64,000 nt of DNA from contig CBDCJH010000002.1 in assembly GCA_965217775.1 (NCBI GenBank), positions 6,208,001 through 6,272,000 on the forward strand, read 5' to 3'. Every line of letters starts with the position of its first letter. Positions within the stretch are counted from its first letter, which is position 1. The notes beneath the pieces were generated by a model. The model saw only the letters and a program-made list of their open reading frames with translations. It was not told where the DNA came from and did not search any database. This DNA is from Acidobacteriota bacterium. Lineage in GTDB: Bacteria > Acidobacteriota > UBA6911 > RPQK01 > JAJDTT01. Shown one piece after another: positions 28,613-39,302 of this stretch. A program made the position numbers and the translations under genes.

Positions 28613-31432
28613 TCAGGTTCGTTCCAGAGCCTGTTTCAGGAATCGTCCGGTGTAGGATCCCTCGGTGCGGGCGATGGTCTCGGGAGTTCCCTCCGCGATC
28701 AGGTATCCTCCCCTTTCTCCTCCCTCGGGACCGAGGTCGATGACCCAGTCGGCGCTTCGGATCACGTCCATGTTGTGCTCGATGATCACGACCGTGGCCT
28801 GCTTCGAGATCAACCGATCCAGGGCTCGCAGGAGCTTCCGGATGTCGTCGAAGTGGAGCCCGGTGGTTGGCTCGTCCAGGATGAAGATCGAATCGGAGCG
28901 GGTGGATTTGGCCAGGTAGGAGGCCAGCTTGATCCGTTGCGCCTCTCCGCCGGAAAGAGTGGTGGAGGATTGGCCCAGTTTCAGGTATCCGAGGCCCACC
29001 TCTTCCAGCACCTTGAGCTTTTTCAAAAGGCGGGGATAGGATCGAAAGAACTCCAGAGCCGCGGTCACGGTCAGGTCGAGCACCTGTGCGATATTCTTGC
29101 CCCGGTAGCCGATTTCCAGGATCGTGGACTTGTATCGCCTCCCGCGGCATTCTTCACACGTCAGTTCCACGTCGGCCAGGAACTGCATGTTCACCGTAGA
29201 GAAGCCCGCTCCGTCACAGCCCTCGCAGCGGCCTCCCGGGATGTTGAAGGAGAAGTGGCCGGGACGGAGGTCCTGGCGTTGCGAAGCCCGCAGTGAAGCA
29301 AAGATCTGGCGGATCTCGTCGAACGCCTTGAGATAGGTGACCGGATTGGAGCGCGGCGATTTCCCGATAGGCGACTGGTCCATCAGCAGGATCTCCTCGA
29401 CCTGTTCGGCGCCTTCGATGCTGTCGAAGCTTCCGATCTCGCCCTTCCATTGGGACTTCAGTTTCTTGAGACCGGCGTAGATCACGTCTCCCACCAGGGT
29501 CGATTTCCCGGATCCTGAGACTCCCGTGATGCAGACCATCAGTCCCAGGGGCAGCCGCACGTCCAGATTCTTCAGATTGTGCTGGCGGGCTCCCCGGACG
29601 GTCACGAACCGGTCGCCGCAGGAGCGCCGGTAAAACGGCGTGGGCACCCTGCGCTCGCCGCGCAGATACTGCCCCGTCAAGGAGTTGGCGGCGGACCGCA
29701 GGGAGTCCACGCCGCCGCTGTAGACTACGTAGCCTCCATGCTCTCCGGGCCCCGGACCCAGGTCCACCACCTGATCCGCCGATTCGATCATTTCCCGTTC
29801 GTGCTCCACCACCACGATGGTGTTCCCCAGGTCCCGCAAATTCCTCAGGATGGAGATGAGGCGCCGCGTGTCTCTGGGGTGGAGTCCCACGGAGGGTTCA
29901 TCCAGCACGTAGAGGGTTCCGGTCAGGGACGAACCCAGGGCCGCAGCCAACTGGATCCGCTGCATCTCGCCCCCGCTCAGTGTGCTGGTGATGCGATTCA
30001 GGGTCAGGTAGTCGAGCCCCACCTTCATCAGAAAATCGAGGCGTTTCCGGATCTCCCTGAGCAGGGAGTCCGCCACCGCCAGTTGACTCTCATCCAGGCG
30101 AAGTCGATGGAAAAATTCCTGGATTTCCTGAATCGGCATGGAGGTGAGTTGAGAAATGCGGCGTCCTCCCAGTTGAACGTCTCTCGCCTCCTGGCAGAGG
30201 CGTTCTCCCGAACAGTCGGCACACCGGGTGTAGCCCCGGTATCGGCTGATCAGGATCCGGATGTGCATCTTGTACTTCTTGCGTTCCAGGTAGGCGAAAA
30301 ATCCCTTGACTCCGGGAAAGCCGCCGCTTCCGTCCCAGATCCGGCGCCGGACCGCCTCGGGCAGATCCCGATAGGGGACGTCCAACGGGATTCCCTCTCG
30401 AAGCGCGTACTCCTGCAGCTTCCGGCCGAATTCTCGATGGCGCGGTTTGTTGAAAGGGTCTACGGGCCCCTCGGCCAGCGTCTTTGCCGGGTCCGGAATG
30501 ATGAGGTCCGGATCCAGGGTGATGGTGCTCCCGAAGCCATGGCAGGTTCGACAGGCTCCATAGGGATTGTTGAAGGAGAAGAGCCTGGGTTCCGGAACCC
30601 GATAGGAGATCCGGCAGTACTGGCATTCGAGCCGCTGGGTGAACTCCAGTTCCCGCTCCGTGCTCCGGCCGTCCTTCGAAAGGATCGAGATCCGGGCGGC
30701 CCCTCCACCCTGGTGAAAACAGGTCTCCAGGGAATCGCTCAAACGCTGACGGGCGCGGTCCCGTACCACCACTCGATCGACCAGAACCCGGGCCTTCGAA
30801 AGATCGGCGGCGGACGGTCCGTCCTGGACCTGGACCACCCGGAGGCGTCCCGCCGCTTCCAGCACGAGGCGATGGAATCCCTGTTTCATCAGTTGGCCGG
30901 TCAGTTCCTTGGAGGGCGCGTCGGGTTCCGGTAGCAGGATGGACCCGGTCAAGGAGAAGCAGAGATAGAGCCGAGTGCCCTCCGGCAGCCGAAGCAACTG
31001 CTGCACCACCTCCTCCACGGTGTCGCGTTTCACCTGCCGGCCGCAGCCACGACAGACCAGAGTGCCGATTCGGGCGTAGACGAGACGGAGATGGTCGTAG
31101 ATCTCGGTGACGGTGCCCACCGTCGATCTGGGGTTTCGGGAGACTGTCTTCTGCCGGATGGCGATGGCGGGACTGAGCCCCTCGATCTCCCGGACCAGGG
31201 GCTTGCGCATCCGCTCCAGGAATTGCCGCGCGTAAGCCGACAATGACTCCACGTAGCGGCGCTGACCCTCGGCATACAAGGTGTCGAACGCCAGCGAAGA
31301 CTTGCCCGATCCGCTGACTCCCGTGATCACCGTGAGCCGGTTGATGGGGATCCGAAGATCGATGTTCTTCAGGTTGTTCTGGCGTGCTCCTGCGATTCGG
31401 ATCCAGGCGCCGTCATGCTCTTCGCCATTCAT
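28613..31432 (-). CDS. uvrA: Excinuclease ABC subunit A
   Basis: Two GVSGSGKS Walker A motifs, TLYAEGQRRYVES, Zn fingers, LSGGE signatures. Confidence 0.96.
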   Translation of the reverse strand: MNGEEHDGAWIRIAGARQNNLKNIDLRIPINRLTVITGVSGSGKSSLAFDTLYAEGQRRYVESLSAYARQFLERMRKPLVREIEGLSPAIAIRQKTVSRNPRSTVGTVTEIYDHLRLVYARIGTLVCRGCGRQVKRDTVEEVVQQLLRLPEGTRLYLCFSLTGSILLPEPDAPSKELTGQLMKQGFHRLVLEAAGRLRVVQVQDGPSAADLSKARVLVDRVVVRDRARQRLSDSLETCFHQGGGAARISILSKDGRSTERELEFTQRLECQYCRISYRVPEPRLFSFNNPYGACRTCHGFGSTITLDPDLIIPDPAKTLAEGPVDPFNKPRHREFGRKLQEYALREGIPLDVPYRDLPEAVRRRIWDGSGGFPGVKGFFAYLERKKYKMHIRILISRYRGYTRCADCSGERLCQEARDVQLGGRRISQLTSMPIQEIQEFFHRLRLDESQLAVADSLLREIRKRLDFLMKVGLDYLTLNRITSTLSGGEMQRIQLAAALGSSLTGTLYVLDEPSVGLHPRDTRRLISILRNLRDLGNTIVVVEHEREMIESADQVVDLGPGPGEHGGYVVYSGGVDSLRSAANSLTGQYLRGERRVPTPFYRRSCGDRFVTVRGARQHNLKNLDVRLPLGLMVCITGVSGSGKSTLVGDVIYAGLKKLKSQWKGEIGSFDSIEGAEQVEEILLMDQSPIGKSPRSNPVTYLKAFDEIRQIFASLRASQRQDLRPGHFSFNIPGGRCEGCDGAGFSTVNMQFLADVELTCEECRGRRYKSTILEIGYRGKNIAQVLDLTVTAALEFFRSYPRLLKKLKVLEEVGLGYLKLGQSSTTLSGGEAQRIKLASYLAKSTRSDSIFILDEPTTGLHFDDIRKLLRALDRLISKQATVVIIEHNMDVIRSADWVIDLGPEGGERGGYLIAEGTPETIARTEGSYTGRFLKQALERT

Positions 31433-31521
31433 TGAAACGCACCAGTCTATCACCGATCCGAACCAGGCATCGGGACTTGGAATTCGTGGTTGGCGATTCG
31501 GAATTCGGCCCCCTCGGCCCG

Positions 31522-31530
31522 TGGTATAGT
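31522..31530 (+). promoter_or_regulatory. Extended -10 box for a probably leaderless transcript
   Basis: TGgTATAGT-GAACCC-ATG; no SD sequence. Confidence 0.55.
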
Positions 31531-31536
31531 GAACCC

Positions 31537-32505
31537 ATGAGAATCACTTCGGTATTTCCGAGGGCGGCTCTTCCGGCAGGCATTGTCAGGATCGAGCTCG
31601 ATTCTTCGGAGAACGTTCCAGCCCGGGCCGTCGACGTGGGCGGAGCGGTTGCCTGCATCATGGGCGCCTCGCCGCGGGCGTTGACCATCCGCATCCCCGA
31701 AACCGCCGGCCACGGGATCGCGGTTCACAATCACGCCGTGGCCCGGGCGGAACTGAACGTCGGCCGCGCCATCGCTTCGGATCTCCAGCCGGTTTCCAAT
31801 CCGGTGGTGGACGCTTTCGGAAACGTCTACGTGACCTACAGCGGAACTCGCGGCGAGAAGGTTCCATTCAGCGTATTCGTCGTCTACGCCGACGGCAGCA
31901 AGCACCCATTTCTGGCGGATATCGTCAACCCGACCGGCTTGGCCATCGGTCCCGACGATTACCTCTACATCAGCAGCCGCCATACCGGGTCCATATATCG
32001 ATCGACGTTCGACCGCCAGGTGGAAAAATTTGCCGACGGGTTGGGTTTGGCCTCCGGTCTGGTCTTTTCCCCCGCCGGCGACCTCTATGTCGGCGACCGG
32101 AGCGGATTCATCTACAGGATCACGCAGCAGCGGGAACCCTCGGTCGTGTGTGAGTTGGAGCCGAGTGTCTCTGCCTACCATCTGGCATGGGGGCCCGATG
32201 ACAGGCTCTACGTCACCGGCCCGACTCTGGCCACCCAGGACTGTGTGTATCGCGTCTCGCCCGAGGGAGAAGCGGAGGTTTTCTTCAAGGGCGTGGGCAG
32301 ACCCCAGGGTCTGGCGTTCGACGCCGGCGGAACCCTCCATATTGCCGCTTCCTACCGGGGCAGAAGGGGCCTCTTCGCCGTGGACCGGGAGGAAGCCCGC
32401 CTGGTGGTGTCCGGTCCCATGCTGGTGGGTCTTGCCTACAGTGCGGACGGACGTCTGCTCTACCTGGTGGACGGATCGCACCTGTATCAGATAGAGCTGA
32501 GTTGA
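31537..32505 (+). CDS. IPT/TIG plus NHL/SMP-30-like beta-propeller protein
   Basis: ITSVFPRAALPAG Ig-like start; repeats NPTGLAIGPD, ASGLVFSPAG, RPQGLAFDAG. Confidence 0.78.
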   Translation: MRITSVFPRAALPAGIVRIELDSSENVPARAVDVGGAVACIMGASPRALTIRIPETAGHGIAVHNHAVARAELNVGRAIASDLQPVSNPVVDAFGNVYVTYSGTRGEKVPFSVFVVYADGSKHPFLADIVNPTGLAIGPDDYLYISSRHTGSIYRSTFDRQVEKFADGLGLASGLVFSPAGDLYVGDRSGFIYRITQQREPSVVCELEPSVSAYHLAWGPDDRLYVTGPTLATQDCVYRVSPEGEAEVFFKGVGRPQGLAFDAGGTLHIAASYRGRRGLFAVDREEARLVVSGPMLVGLAYSADGRLLYLVDGSHLYQIELS

Positions 32506-33644
32506 GTCGGCCCCTCCTATCTCGCCAGAACTCTTTCCGGGTCGAGCGGAAGGACCCCTGCAGCCACGCCCGTTGCGGTGTGTTGGAGACCGCTCACGGT
32601 GCGGTCGAGACCCCGGTGTTCATGCCGGTGGGAACCGCGGCCACGGTCAAGGCCATGTCCCCCGACGCCCTGGAGGAACTGGGGGTCCGGATCATCCTGG
32701 CCAACGCGTATCATCTGTACCTTCGTCCCGGCGAGGCCGTGGTGGAGACGATGGCGGGTCTGCACCGCTACATGTCGTGGAATCGAGGCATCCTGACCGA
32801 CAGTGGGGGTTACCAGGTCTTCAGCCACCGGAGGCTCAGAACCATTCGGGAGGATGGCGTCGAGTTCCGCTCCCACCTGGACGGAAGCCTCCATTTTCTG
32901 AGTCCGGAGGATGTGGTCCGGATCCAGGAGACTCTGGGCTCCGACATCGCCATGGTCCTGGATGAGTGCACGCCCTATCCCGTGAACCGGGAACGGGCTC
33001 GGAGTTCCATGGACCGGTCGATGCGTTGGGCCTGCCGTTCGAAGGACCGGCATCGGAACCGCAGGCAGCTGCTCTTCGGCATCGTACAGGGAAGCATGTA
33101 TTCGGAACTTCGCCGGGAGAGTCTCGAGCGGCTCGTGGAGATGGACTTTCAGGGACTGGCGCTGGGAGGATTCAGCGTGGGCGAACCGAAGCCGCTCATG
33201 TATGACCTGGTCCAAGAGCTGGGTCCGCGGATGCCGGCGGACCTGCCCCGCTACCTGATGGGCGTGGGAACGCCTCCGGATCTCCTGTTTTGCGTCCGGC
33301 AGGGAATCGACATGTTCGATTGCGTGCTGCCGACGCGGAACGCCCGCAACGGCACTCTATTCACTTCCCGGGGGCGCCTGAACATCAGGAACGCGACCTA
33401 CCGGACCCAGGAGGATGCGTTGGACCCCGAATGCGCTTGCCGGGTCTGCCGGCGTTTCAGCCGCGCCTACCTGAGGCACCTCCACGTCTCCGGAGAGATC
33501 CTTGGCCTGGTTCTGAACACCTACCATAACGTCTACTTTTACCTTGACTTGATGCGCAAAATCCGCCAGAGTATCGCGTCCGGATCGCTCCTCGAATTGG
33601 AGAATCACTACCGGGATCAGTACCGCGCAGCAGCGCGGCGATGA
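32502..33644 (+). CDS. tgt: Queuine tRNA-ribosyltransferase
   Basis: TPVFMPVGT, LTDSGGYQVFS, PRYLMGVG, DMFDCVLPTR, CxCxxC. Confidence 0.96.
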   Translation: MSRPLLSRQNSFRVERKDPCSHARCGVLETAHGAVETPVFMPVGTAATVKAMSPDALEELGVRIILANAYHLYLRPGEAVVETMAGLHRYMSWNRGILTDSGGYQVFSHRRLRTIREDGVEFRSHLDGSLHFLSPEDVVRIQETLGSDIAMVLDECTPYPVNRERARSSMDRSMRWACRSKDRHRNRRQLLFGIVQGSMYSELRRESLERLVEMDFQGLALGGFSVGEPKPLMYDLVQELGPRMPADLPRYLMGVGTPPDLLFCVRQGIDMFDCVLPTRNARNGTLFTSRGRLNIRNATYRTQEDALDPECACRVCRRFSRAYLRHLHVSGEILGLVLNTYHNVYFYLDLMRKIRQSIASGSLLELENHYRDQYRAAARR

Positions 33645-33668
33645 ACCTTCTGAGGCAGAGAAACAACC

Positions 33669-33965
33669 ATGACGGAGTCACTCCTACTGGCCCAGCAATC
33701 CGGTTCGTCCTTTACCGGTTTCCTTCCCATCCTGCTGCTGGTGGCGATCTTCTACTTCATGCTCTACCGGCCGATGCAAAAGCGGAAGAAGAACCATGAG
33801 GAGATGATCTCCTCCCTCAAGTCCGGCAGCAGGGTGATCACCAGCGGCGGCGTTCATGGAACCGTCGTAGCCGTCAAGGACCATACGGTCATGTTGAAAG
33901 TGGCCGATCAGGTCAAGATCGAGGTGACCAAGAGCGCCATCTCCTCACGGCAACTGTCGGACTAG
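33669..33965 (+). CDS. yajC: Preprotein translocase subunit YajC
   Basis: FYFMLYRP...VITSGGVHG; tgt-yajC-secDF order. Confidence 0.95.
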   Translation: MTESLLLAQQSGSSFTGFLPILLLVAIFYFMLYRPMQKRKKNHEEMISSLKSGSRVITSGGVHGTVVAVKDHTVMLKVADQVKIEVTKSAISSRQLSD

Positions 33966-33999
33966 CCCGTTTGACGTCTCTATTTCAAGCTGAAGCAAG

Positions 34000-35586
34000 A
34001 TGAAGAGGAAACTTCAGTACCGATTACTCTTCGCCCTGGCCGTCTTCGCGGTCAGTGTCTATTTCTTCTACCCTCCCTCCGAGAAGGTCAAGCTGGGTCT
34101 GGACCTCAAGGGTGGGATACACCTGGTGCTTCAGGTCATCATCGAGGACGCTCTCAAGGCGGAGGCGCATCTGTTGAGGGATCGCCTGGCACGGGCGCTC
34201 GAGGAAGAGGAGGCCGTCTTCGAGGAGATCCGGGTCAATCCTCAACTGGAGATCGAGATCCTGGGGGTGCCGGATGAATCAGCCGACGCCGTCGAGGATC
34301 AACTGGACGGATATTCGGGGGGCTACAGCTACCGGACCCGGTTCAATCAGGGCCGGCAGGACTTCACTCTCGGGATCAGTTCGGCGTATCGCAAGGAGCT
34401 GGCCAACCTGACGGTCCGGCAGGCTCGGGAGACGATTCAAAACCGCGTGGATCAATACGGCGTCGCCGAGCCCACCATCACCGTCTATGGGAGTGGGGAG
34501 GTCCAGGACCAGATCATCGTCGAGCTGCCGGGAGTCGAGGATCCGGACCGGGTGATCAAACTCATCCGCAGTACGGCGAGACTGGAACTGAAGCTGGTGC
34601 ATCCGGCCCGCGGCGGGCCCTTTGCGACTCGACAGGCGGCGGAAGAAGCTTTCGACGAGTCGGTGCCGGACGAGTACGAGATACTGACCTATCGGAATCC
34701 CTCCGAAATCGGGCGCCAGACGCAGTACATGGTGGTCCGCAGGGCCGCGACCATCAGCGGCCAGCACATGAAGAACGCCCGGCGAACCCAGGACAGCTTC
34801 ACCGGGCGCTGGAACGTGACCTTTTTTCTGAACTCGGAAGGGCGCCAGTTGTTTGCGCCCGCCACCGAACAGAACGTGGGCAATCCTCTGGCCATCGTTC
34901 TGGACGGGGAGATCCGGACCTTTCCCAATATCAGTGAGAAGATCGACACGGAATCGGCCCAGATCACCGGGAACTATACGCCTGAGGAGGCAGAGGATCT
35001 GGCGCTGGTGCTTCGATCAGGCGCTCTCCCCGCCTCCATCCGGATCATCGAGAATCAGATCGTCGGACCCTCTCTGGGCATGGACTCGATTCGCAGCGGC
35101 CTGTCGGCGTCCGCATTGGGACTCCTCCTGGTGGTCGTCACTGTCCTGTTCATCTATCGCTTTTCCGGCCTCAATGCCGTGGTCTGTCTGATCTTGAATC
35201 TGGTGATCCTGGTGGGAGTCCTGGCCTACTTCAGGGCGACGCTGACACTGCCCGGCATCGCCGGAATCATCCTGACCATCGGCATGGCCATCGATGCCAA
35301 CATTCTCATATTCGAGCGCATCAAGGAGGAGCTGCGCCTGGGCAAGACGGTCCGGTCGGGGGTCGAAGCGGCGTTCGGACGCGTGTTCGTCACCATTCTC
35401 GACACCAATATCACGACCTTGATCGGATCCCTGTTCCTGTTCCAATTCGGTACCGGACCCATACGTGGATTCGCAGTGACCCTTTCGGTGGGACTGGTGG
35501 CGAACATCTTCACCGCGACCTTCGTCTCCCGCACCCTGTTCGGCCTGGTTCTTCAGGGAAAACCGCGAGAGACGCTGTCGATCTGA
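34000..35586 (+). CDS. secD: Protein translocase subunit SecD
   Basis: LGLDLKGG, LRSGALPA, GMAIDANILIFERIKEE. Confidence 0.96.
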   Translation: MKRKLQYRLLFALAVFAVSVYFFYPPSEKVKLGLDLKGGIHLVLQVIIEDALKAEAHLLRDRLARALEEEEAVFEEIRVNPQLEIEILGVPDESADAVEDQLDGYSGGYSYRTRFNQGRQDFTLGISSAYRKELANLTVRQARETIQNRVDQYGVAEPTITVYGSGEVQDQIIVELPGVEDPDRVIKLIRSTARLELKLVHPARGGPFATRQAAEEAFDESVPDEYEILTYRNPSEIGRQTQYMVVRRAATISGQHMKNARRTQDSFTGRWNVTFFLNSEGRQLFAPATEQNVGNPLAIVLDGEIRTFPNISEKIDTESAQITGNYTPEEAEDLALVLRSGALPASIRIIENQIVGPSLGMDSIRSGLSASALGLLLVVVTVLFIYRFSGLNAVVCLILNLVILVGVLAYFRATLTLPGIAGIILTIGMAIDANILIFERIKEELRLGKTVRSGVEAAFGRVFVTILDTNITTLIGSLFLFQFGTGPIRGFAVTLSVGLVANIFTATFVSRTLFGLVLQGKPRETLSI

Positions 35587-35593
35587 GGGATCC

Positions 35594-36769
35594 ATGGACA
35601 TCGTCAAAGAGCCCAAGATCGACTGGCTCGGCAAGAGGCGGCTCTTTCTGGGCGCATCCCTGCTGCTGATCCTGGCCGGGATGGCTTCCATAGTCACCAA
35701 GGGCGGGCTCAAGATGGGCGTCGATTTCGTCGGCGGCACACTGGTCTACGCCCGCTTCAAGGGGGAGCCTTCCCTGGATCGGATCCGGGGGGCCCTGGCA
35801 GAGGGTGGGCTCCGGGCCGAGGGGGTGACCCGGTTCGACGATCCTTCCAAGAACGAAGTCCAGATCCGTCTCGCCCGCATCGAGAGTGAAGAGAGCGCCG
35901 ACCTGATCTCGGAAAGCGAAAACATCTCTCTGGCACTGCGCCAGGAATACGACTCGGATTCGGAAGGGACGGGCGGAGTGGATCTCAACAACGTCCCCCG
36001 GTCGGTACTTTCCACACGGCTCCAGGAATGGGATCCCGAAGGGTTGCAGGAGGATCCGTCGGTGACGGACCCTTCGGCCCACTACCAGGAGGTGGCTTCC
36101 CGGATCGTCGACCTCAGGACCGGCGTCGGACTGTTCCGGGACTACTCCGAATTGTCTCAGGCGGGTCTCGACCCGGATGCGTTAAAGGCGATCGAGGAGA
36201 ATTCCTATCTCGGCAACTTCGTGGTGCTGAGTGTGGAAAGCGTGGGGCCCAAGGTCGGGCAGGAGATGCAGGAGAGAGCCTGGAACGCCGTCTTCTTCTC
36301 GCTGCTGGGTATCCTGGCCTACATCACGATTCGCTTCAAATTCGTGCATGGCGTCGCGGCCATCGCAGCGTTGTTTCACGATGTTCTCATTACCGTGGGC
36401 GCGTTGTCGCTGACTGATCGGGAGTTGACCTTGACGGTGGTGGCGGCACTGCTGACCCTGGTCGGCTATTCCATCAACGACACCATCGTCGTATTCGACC
36501 GGCTGCGGGAGAACGAGGTCCGAATGAGGCGATCAAGTTTATATGATCGCATCAACGCCAGTATCAACCAGATCCTGAACCGCACCATCATGACCTCCGG
36601 ATCGACGTTCGTGGCTCTGCTTGCCCTTTTCCTTTTGGGAGGACCGGCTCTCAACAGCTTCTCTTTCGCCCTGGTCGTGGGTATAATCGTCGGAACTTAC
36701 TCGTCCATCGGCGTCGCCAGCCCCATCGTTTCGGGTTGGTACAAGTTCAGGGAGTCCCGGCGTAATTGA
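35594..36769 (+). CDS. secF: Protein translocase subunit SecF
   Basis: GVDFVGG, VGPKVG, GYSINDTIVVFDR. Confidence 0.96.
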   Translation: MDIVKEPKIDWLGKRRLFLGASLLLILAGMASIVTKGGLKMGVDFVGGTLVYARFKGEPSLDRIRGALAEGGLRAEGVTRFDDPSKNEVQIRLARIESEESADLISESENISLALRQEYDSDSEGTGGVDLNNVPRSVLSTRLQEWDPEGLQEDPSVTDPSAHYQEVASRIVDLRTGVGLFRDYSELSQAGLDPDALKAIEENSYLGNFVVLSVESVGPKVGQEMQERAWNAVFFSLLGILAYITIRFKFVHGVAAIAALFHDVLITVGALSLTDRELTLTVVAALLTLVGYSINDTIVVFDRLRENEVRMRRSSLYDRINASINQILNRTIMTSGSTFVALLALFLLGGPALNSFSFALVVGIIVGTYSSIGVASPIVSGWYKFRESRRN

Positions 36770-36794
36770 GAATGTGTTTGGGTGGATTAGACTC

Positions 36795-36823
36795 TTGACT
36801 CGCCAAAATGCGGGTAGTAGTAT
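36795..36823 (+). promoter_or_regulatory. sigma70 promoter of the tonB-exbB-exbD operon
   Basis: TTGACT-N17-TAGTAT upstream of ATG 36885. Confidence 0.65.
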
Positions 36824-36884
36824 CTCCGGCGTGTTTTCGGGGGCTTACCTTAGGATCTTCGGGGCATAGAGAGGGCGGCTGACC

Positions 36885-37643
36885 ATGTTTGATCAACTCA
36901 TCGAATCTTCGGCGACTCGGCAGAGTCGAGGCAAGAGTCTCATCTTCATGTCCCTGATGATCCACTTGGGCATTGTGGCGATCCTGATCGTGATCCCACT
37001 GATCTACTATCAGGGGCTCCCCGAGCAGGAACTCCTGACCATGTTGGCCCCGCCGCCACCACCACCCCCGCCGCCACCGCCGCCGCCGCCGCCGGCGCCC
37101 ATCAAGCGGCAACGAGTCCAGGTGGTCAAGTTGGATCCATCCCAGTTCGTAGCTCCCACCGAGGTCCCCAAGGAGATACCCGTGCCCATGGATGACATCC
37201 CGGAGGTGTCCTCACTGAGCGGTATGACCGGAGGGATCCCGGGCGGTGTTCCGGGAGGCATCCCGGGTGGAATTCCGGGGGGCATGATCGGGGGAGTGAT
37301 CGGCTCTCTTCCCTCGGAGGCGCCGCCGCCGCCGCCACCGCCCAAGAAGAAGAAGGAGCCGATCCGTGTCGGCGGCAACGTTCAGGCTTCGAGGCTGGTC
37401 CACCGCGTGGAGCCGGAATATCCCGAGCTGGCAAAGCGGGCGCGGGTATCCGGGATGGTTATTCTGCAGGTCATCGTCAACGAAGGGGGCAGTGTCCAGG
37501 AGGTCAAGATTGTCCGTGGACACCCCTTGTTGAACGATTCCGCCACTCGTGCGGTGAGACAGTGGAGATATTCGCCGTATCTGCTCAACGGAGAGCCAAT
37601 CCCGGTCATTGCCACCGTCACGGTGAACTTCGTCCTCAGGTGA
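36885..37643 (+). CDS. TonB-family energy transducer
   Basis: TM with SxxxH, poly-Pro linkers, GGxP repeats, PEYPELA TonB-C domain. Confidence 0.92.
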   Translation: MFDQLIESSATRQSRGKSLIFMSLMIHLGIVAILIVIPLIYYQGLPEQELLTMLAPPPPPPPPPPPPPPPAPIKRQRVQVVKLDPSQFVAPTEVPKEIPVPMDDIPEVSSLSGMTGGIPGGVPGGIPGGIPGGMIGGVIGSLPSEAPPPPPPPKKKKEPIRVGGNVQASRLVHRVEPEYPELAKRARVSGMVILQVIVNEGGSVQEVKIVRGHPLLNDSATRAVRQWRYSPYLLNGEPIPVIATVTVNFVLR

Positions 37644-37711
37644 GGACGTTGTCTTGAGATCGCTTCGGCGCGAAATCGCAGTTCATTCAGGTTATTGGGG
37701 AGGATAGAAGG

Positions 37712-38389
37712 ATGGAAGTAGGATTCGTTGAGCTATGGGGCCATATGGGACTTATGGCCAAAATGGTCGTGGTCGTCCTGGGCATTCAGTCCGTGTGGTC
37801 CATCGCGGTGATGGCCGAGCGGTATCTTCTGTACCGGGCGGCTCGTAAGCAGTCCCAGGAGTTTGCTCCGGCAGTCGCCGAGAGTCTCAAGAACGGAAAT
37901 ATCCAGGAAGCCATCGAATTGTCCGAGGTGAAGAAGAAGAGCCACCTGGCCAAGGTGGTGGCTGCGGGGTTGAACGAATTCCAGGCTCATCAATCCTCCT
38001 CGGCCACCATTTCCGGCGCGACCATTGAGGCGTCGCGGCGGGCGCTCCAGCGCGCGACGGCAGTTGGAGTCGAGGAACTCAAGCGTGGCTTGGGCGGTCT
38101 GGCCACCATTGGGGCCACCGCTCCCTTCGTCGGTCTGTTCGGCACCACGGTCGGCATCATCAATGCCTTCGCCGGCATGAGCCAAGCCGAGGACACGGGT
38201 CTGGCCGCGGTGGCCGGCGGCATCTCCGAGGCCCTGGTGGCCACGGCCATCGGTCTCTTCGTGGCGGTTCCGGCCGTCTGGATGTACAACTATTTCACGG
38301 GAAAGATCGAGTCTTTCGTGGTGGAGATGGACAACTCTTCCTCCGAGCTCATCGATTACTTCCTGAGCCGGAGTTCCGATGGCAATTAG
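37712..38389 (+). CDS. MotA/TolQ/ExbB proton channel
   Basis: LATIGATAPFVGLFGTTVGII, GISEALVATAIGL. Confidence 0.93.
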   Translation: MEVGFVELWGHMGLMAKMVVVVLGIQSVWSIAVMAERYLLYRAARKQSQEFAPAVAESLKNGNIQEAIELSEVKKKSHLAKVVAAGLNEFQAHQSSSATISGATIEASRRALQRATAVGVEELKRGLGGLATIGATAPFVGLFGTTVGIINAFAGMSQAEDTGLAAVAGGISEALVATAIGLFVAVPAVWMYNYFTGKIESFVVEMDNSSSELIDYFLSRSSDGN

Positions 38390-38819
38390 TGGCGGAACAG
38401 GCGCACAGAGCGGCGTCAGCGCCGAGATCAACGTGACGCCCATGGCGGACATCATGTTGGTGCTTCTGATCATCTTCATGATCACGACTCCGCTGTTGCA
38501 GGAAGGTGTCTTCGTCAACAAGGCGAAGGCGAAGAATGCACAGGAGGCGGAAGGCGTGGAAGCGGAAGAAGCCACCACGGTGACGGTCACTCGGGATGAG
38601 CTCATCTATATGAACAAGAGGCCGGTGGCGGACGAGGATCTGGCCGACCAGTTGGCGGAGCGGGCCGAGGTGGCCGGCGACAGGCCTCTGTTCATCAAGA
38701 GCGACGTGGCGACGTCCTACGGACGGATAGTGGAAGTGATCAATAGCGCGCGAGATTCGGGGTTTCAGAAGATCGGCCTGTTGGTGGACCGCGAGAAGGT
38801 ACGGGAAAGGATATTCTGA
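38379..38819 (+). CDS. ExbD/TolR family protein 1
   Basis: EINVTPMADIMLVLLIIFM. Confidence 0.93.
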   Translation: MAISGGTGAQSGVSAEINVTPMADIMLVLLIIFMITTPLLQEGVFVNKAKAKNAQEAEGVEAEEATTVTVTRDELIYMNKRPVADEDLADQLAERAEVAGDRPLFIKSDVATSYGRIVEVINSARDSGFQKIGLLVDREKVRERIF

Positions 38820-38822
38820 GCC

Positions 38823-39236
38823 ATGGCGATGCAAACCACTGGCAAGGGCTCGATGTCCGACATCAATGTCACGCCCTATATCGACATCCTTCTGGTTCTC
38901 CTCATCATCTTCATGGTGATTCAGCCCACGACCCAGTACGATCTGGAGGCGCGTGTTCCCGAGAAGGCGCCTGAGGACATCCCGGAAGATGTCATCGTCA
39001 AGTCGGACGCCATTGTCGTTTCAATCGATTCCCAGGGGTTGCTGCGCATCAACCAGGATCCGGTGACTCTGGATCAGTTGCCCAATCGATTGTTCGACAT
39101 CTACAGTGCGCGGGCCAACAAGAACATGTTCATCCAAGGGGATGCGGATCTTTCCTTCGGGGATGTGGTGCGTATCATCGACATTGCGAAGGGAGCCGGG
39201 GTGGGAGACATCGGCCTGATGACGCCGGGGGGATAG
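38823..39236 (+). CDS. ExbD/TolR family protein 2
   Basis: DINVTPYIDILLVLLIIFM. Confidence 0.93.
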   Translation: MAMQTTGKGSMSDINVTPYIDILLVLLIIFMVIQPTTQYDLEARVPEKAPEDIPEDVIVKSDAIVVSIDSQGLLRINQDPVTLDQLPNRLFDIYSARANKNMFIQGDADLSFGDVVRIIDIAKGAGVGDIGLMTPGG

Positions 39237-39302
39237 CCTTTCCTTCCGATTCGACATCAGGCGGACTCCATGGAACCTGAAAGAGGCAGGGGCAGGATTG
39301 AG

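Noticed and set aside
33543-33576. Possible internal yajC promoter in the tgt 3' end (TTGACT/TTGATG)
   Set aside because: No convincing -10 box at 16-18 nt spacing
37049-37345. CCG-rich and GGxP tandem repeats
   Set aside because: They encode the normal proline-rich TonB linker
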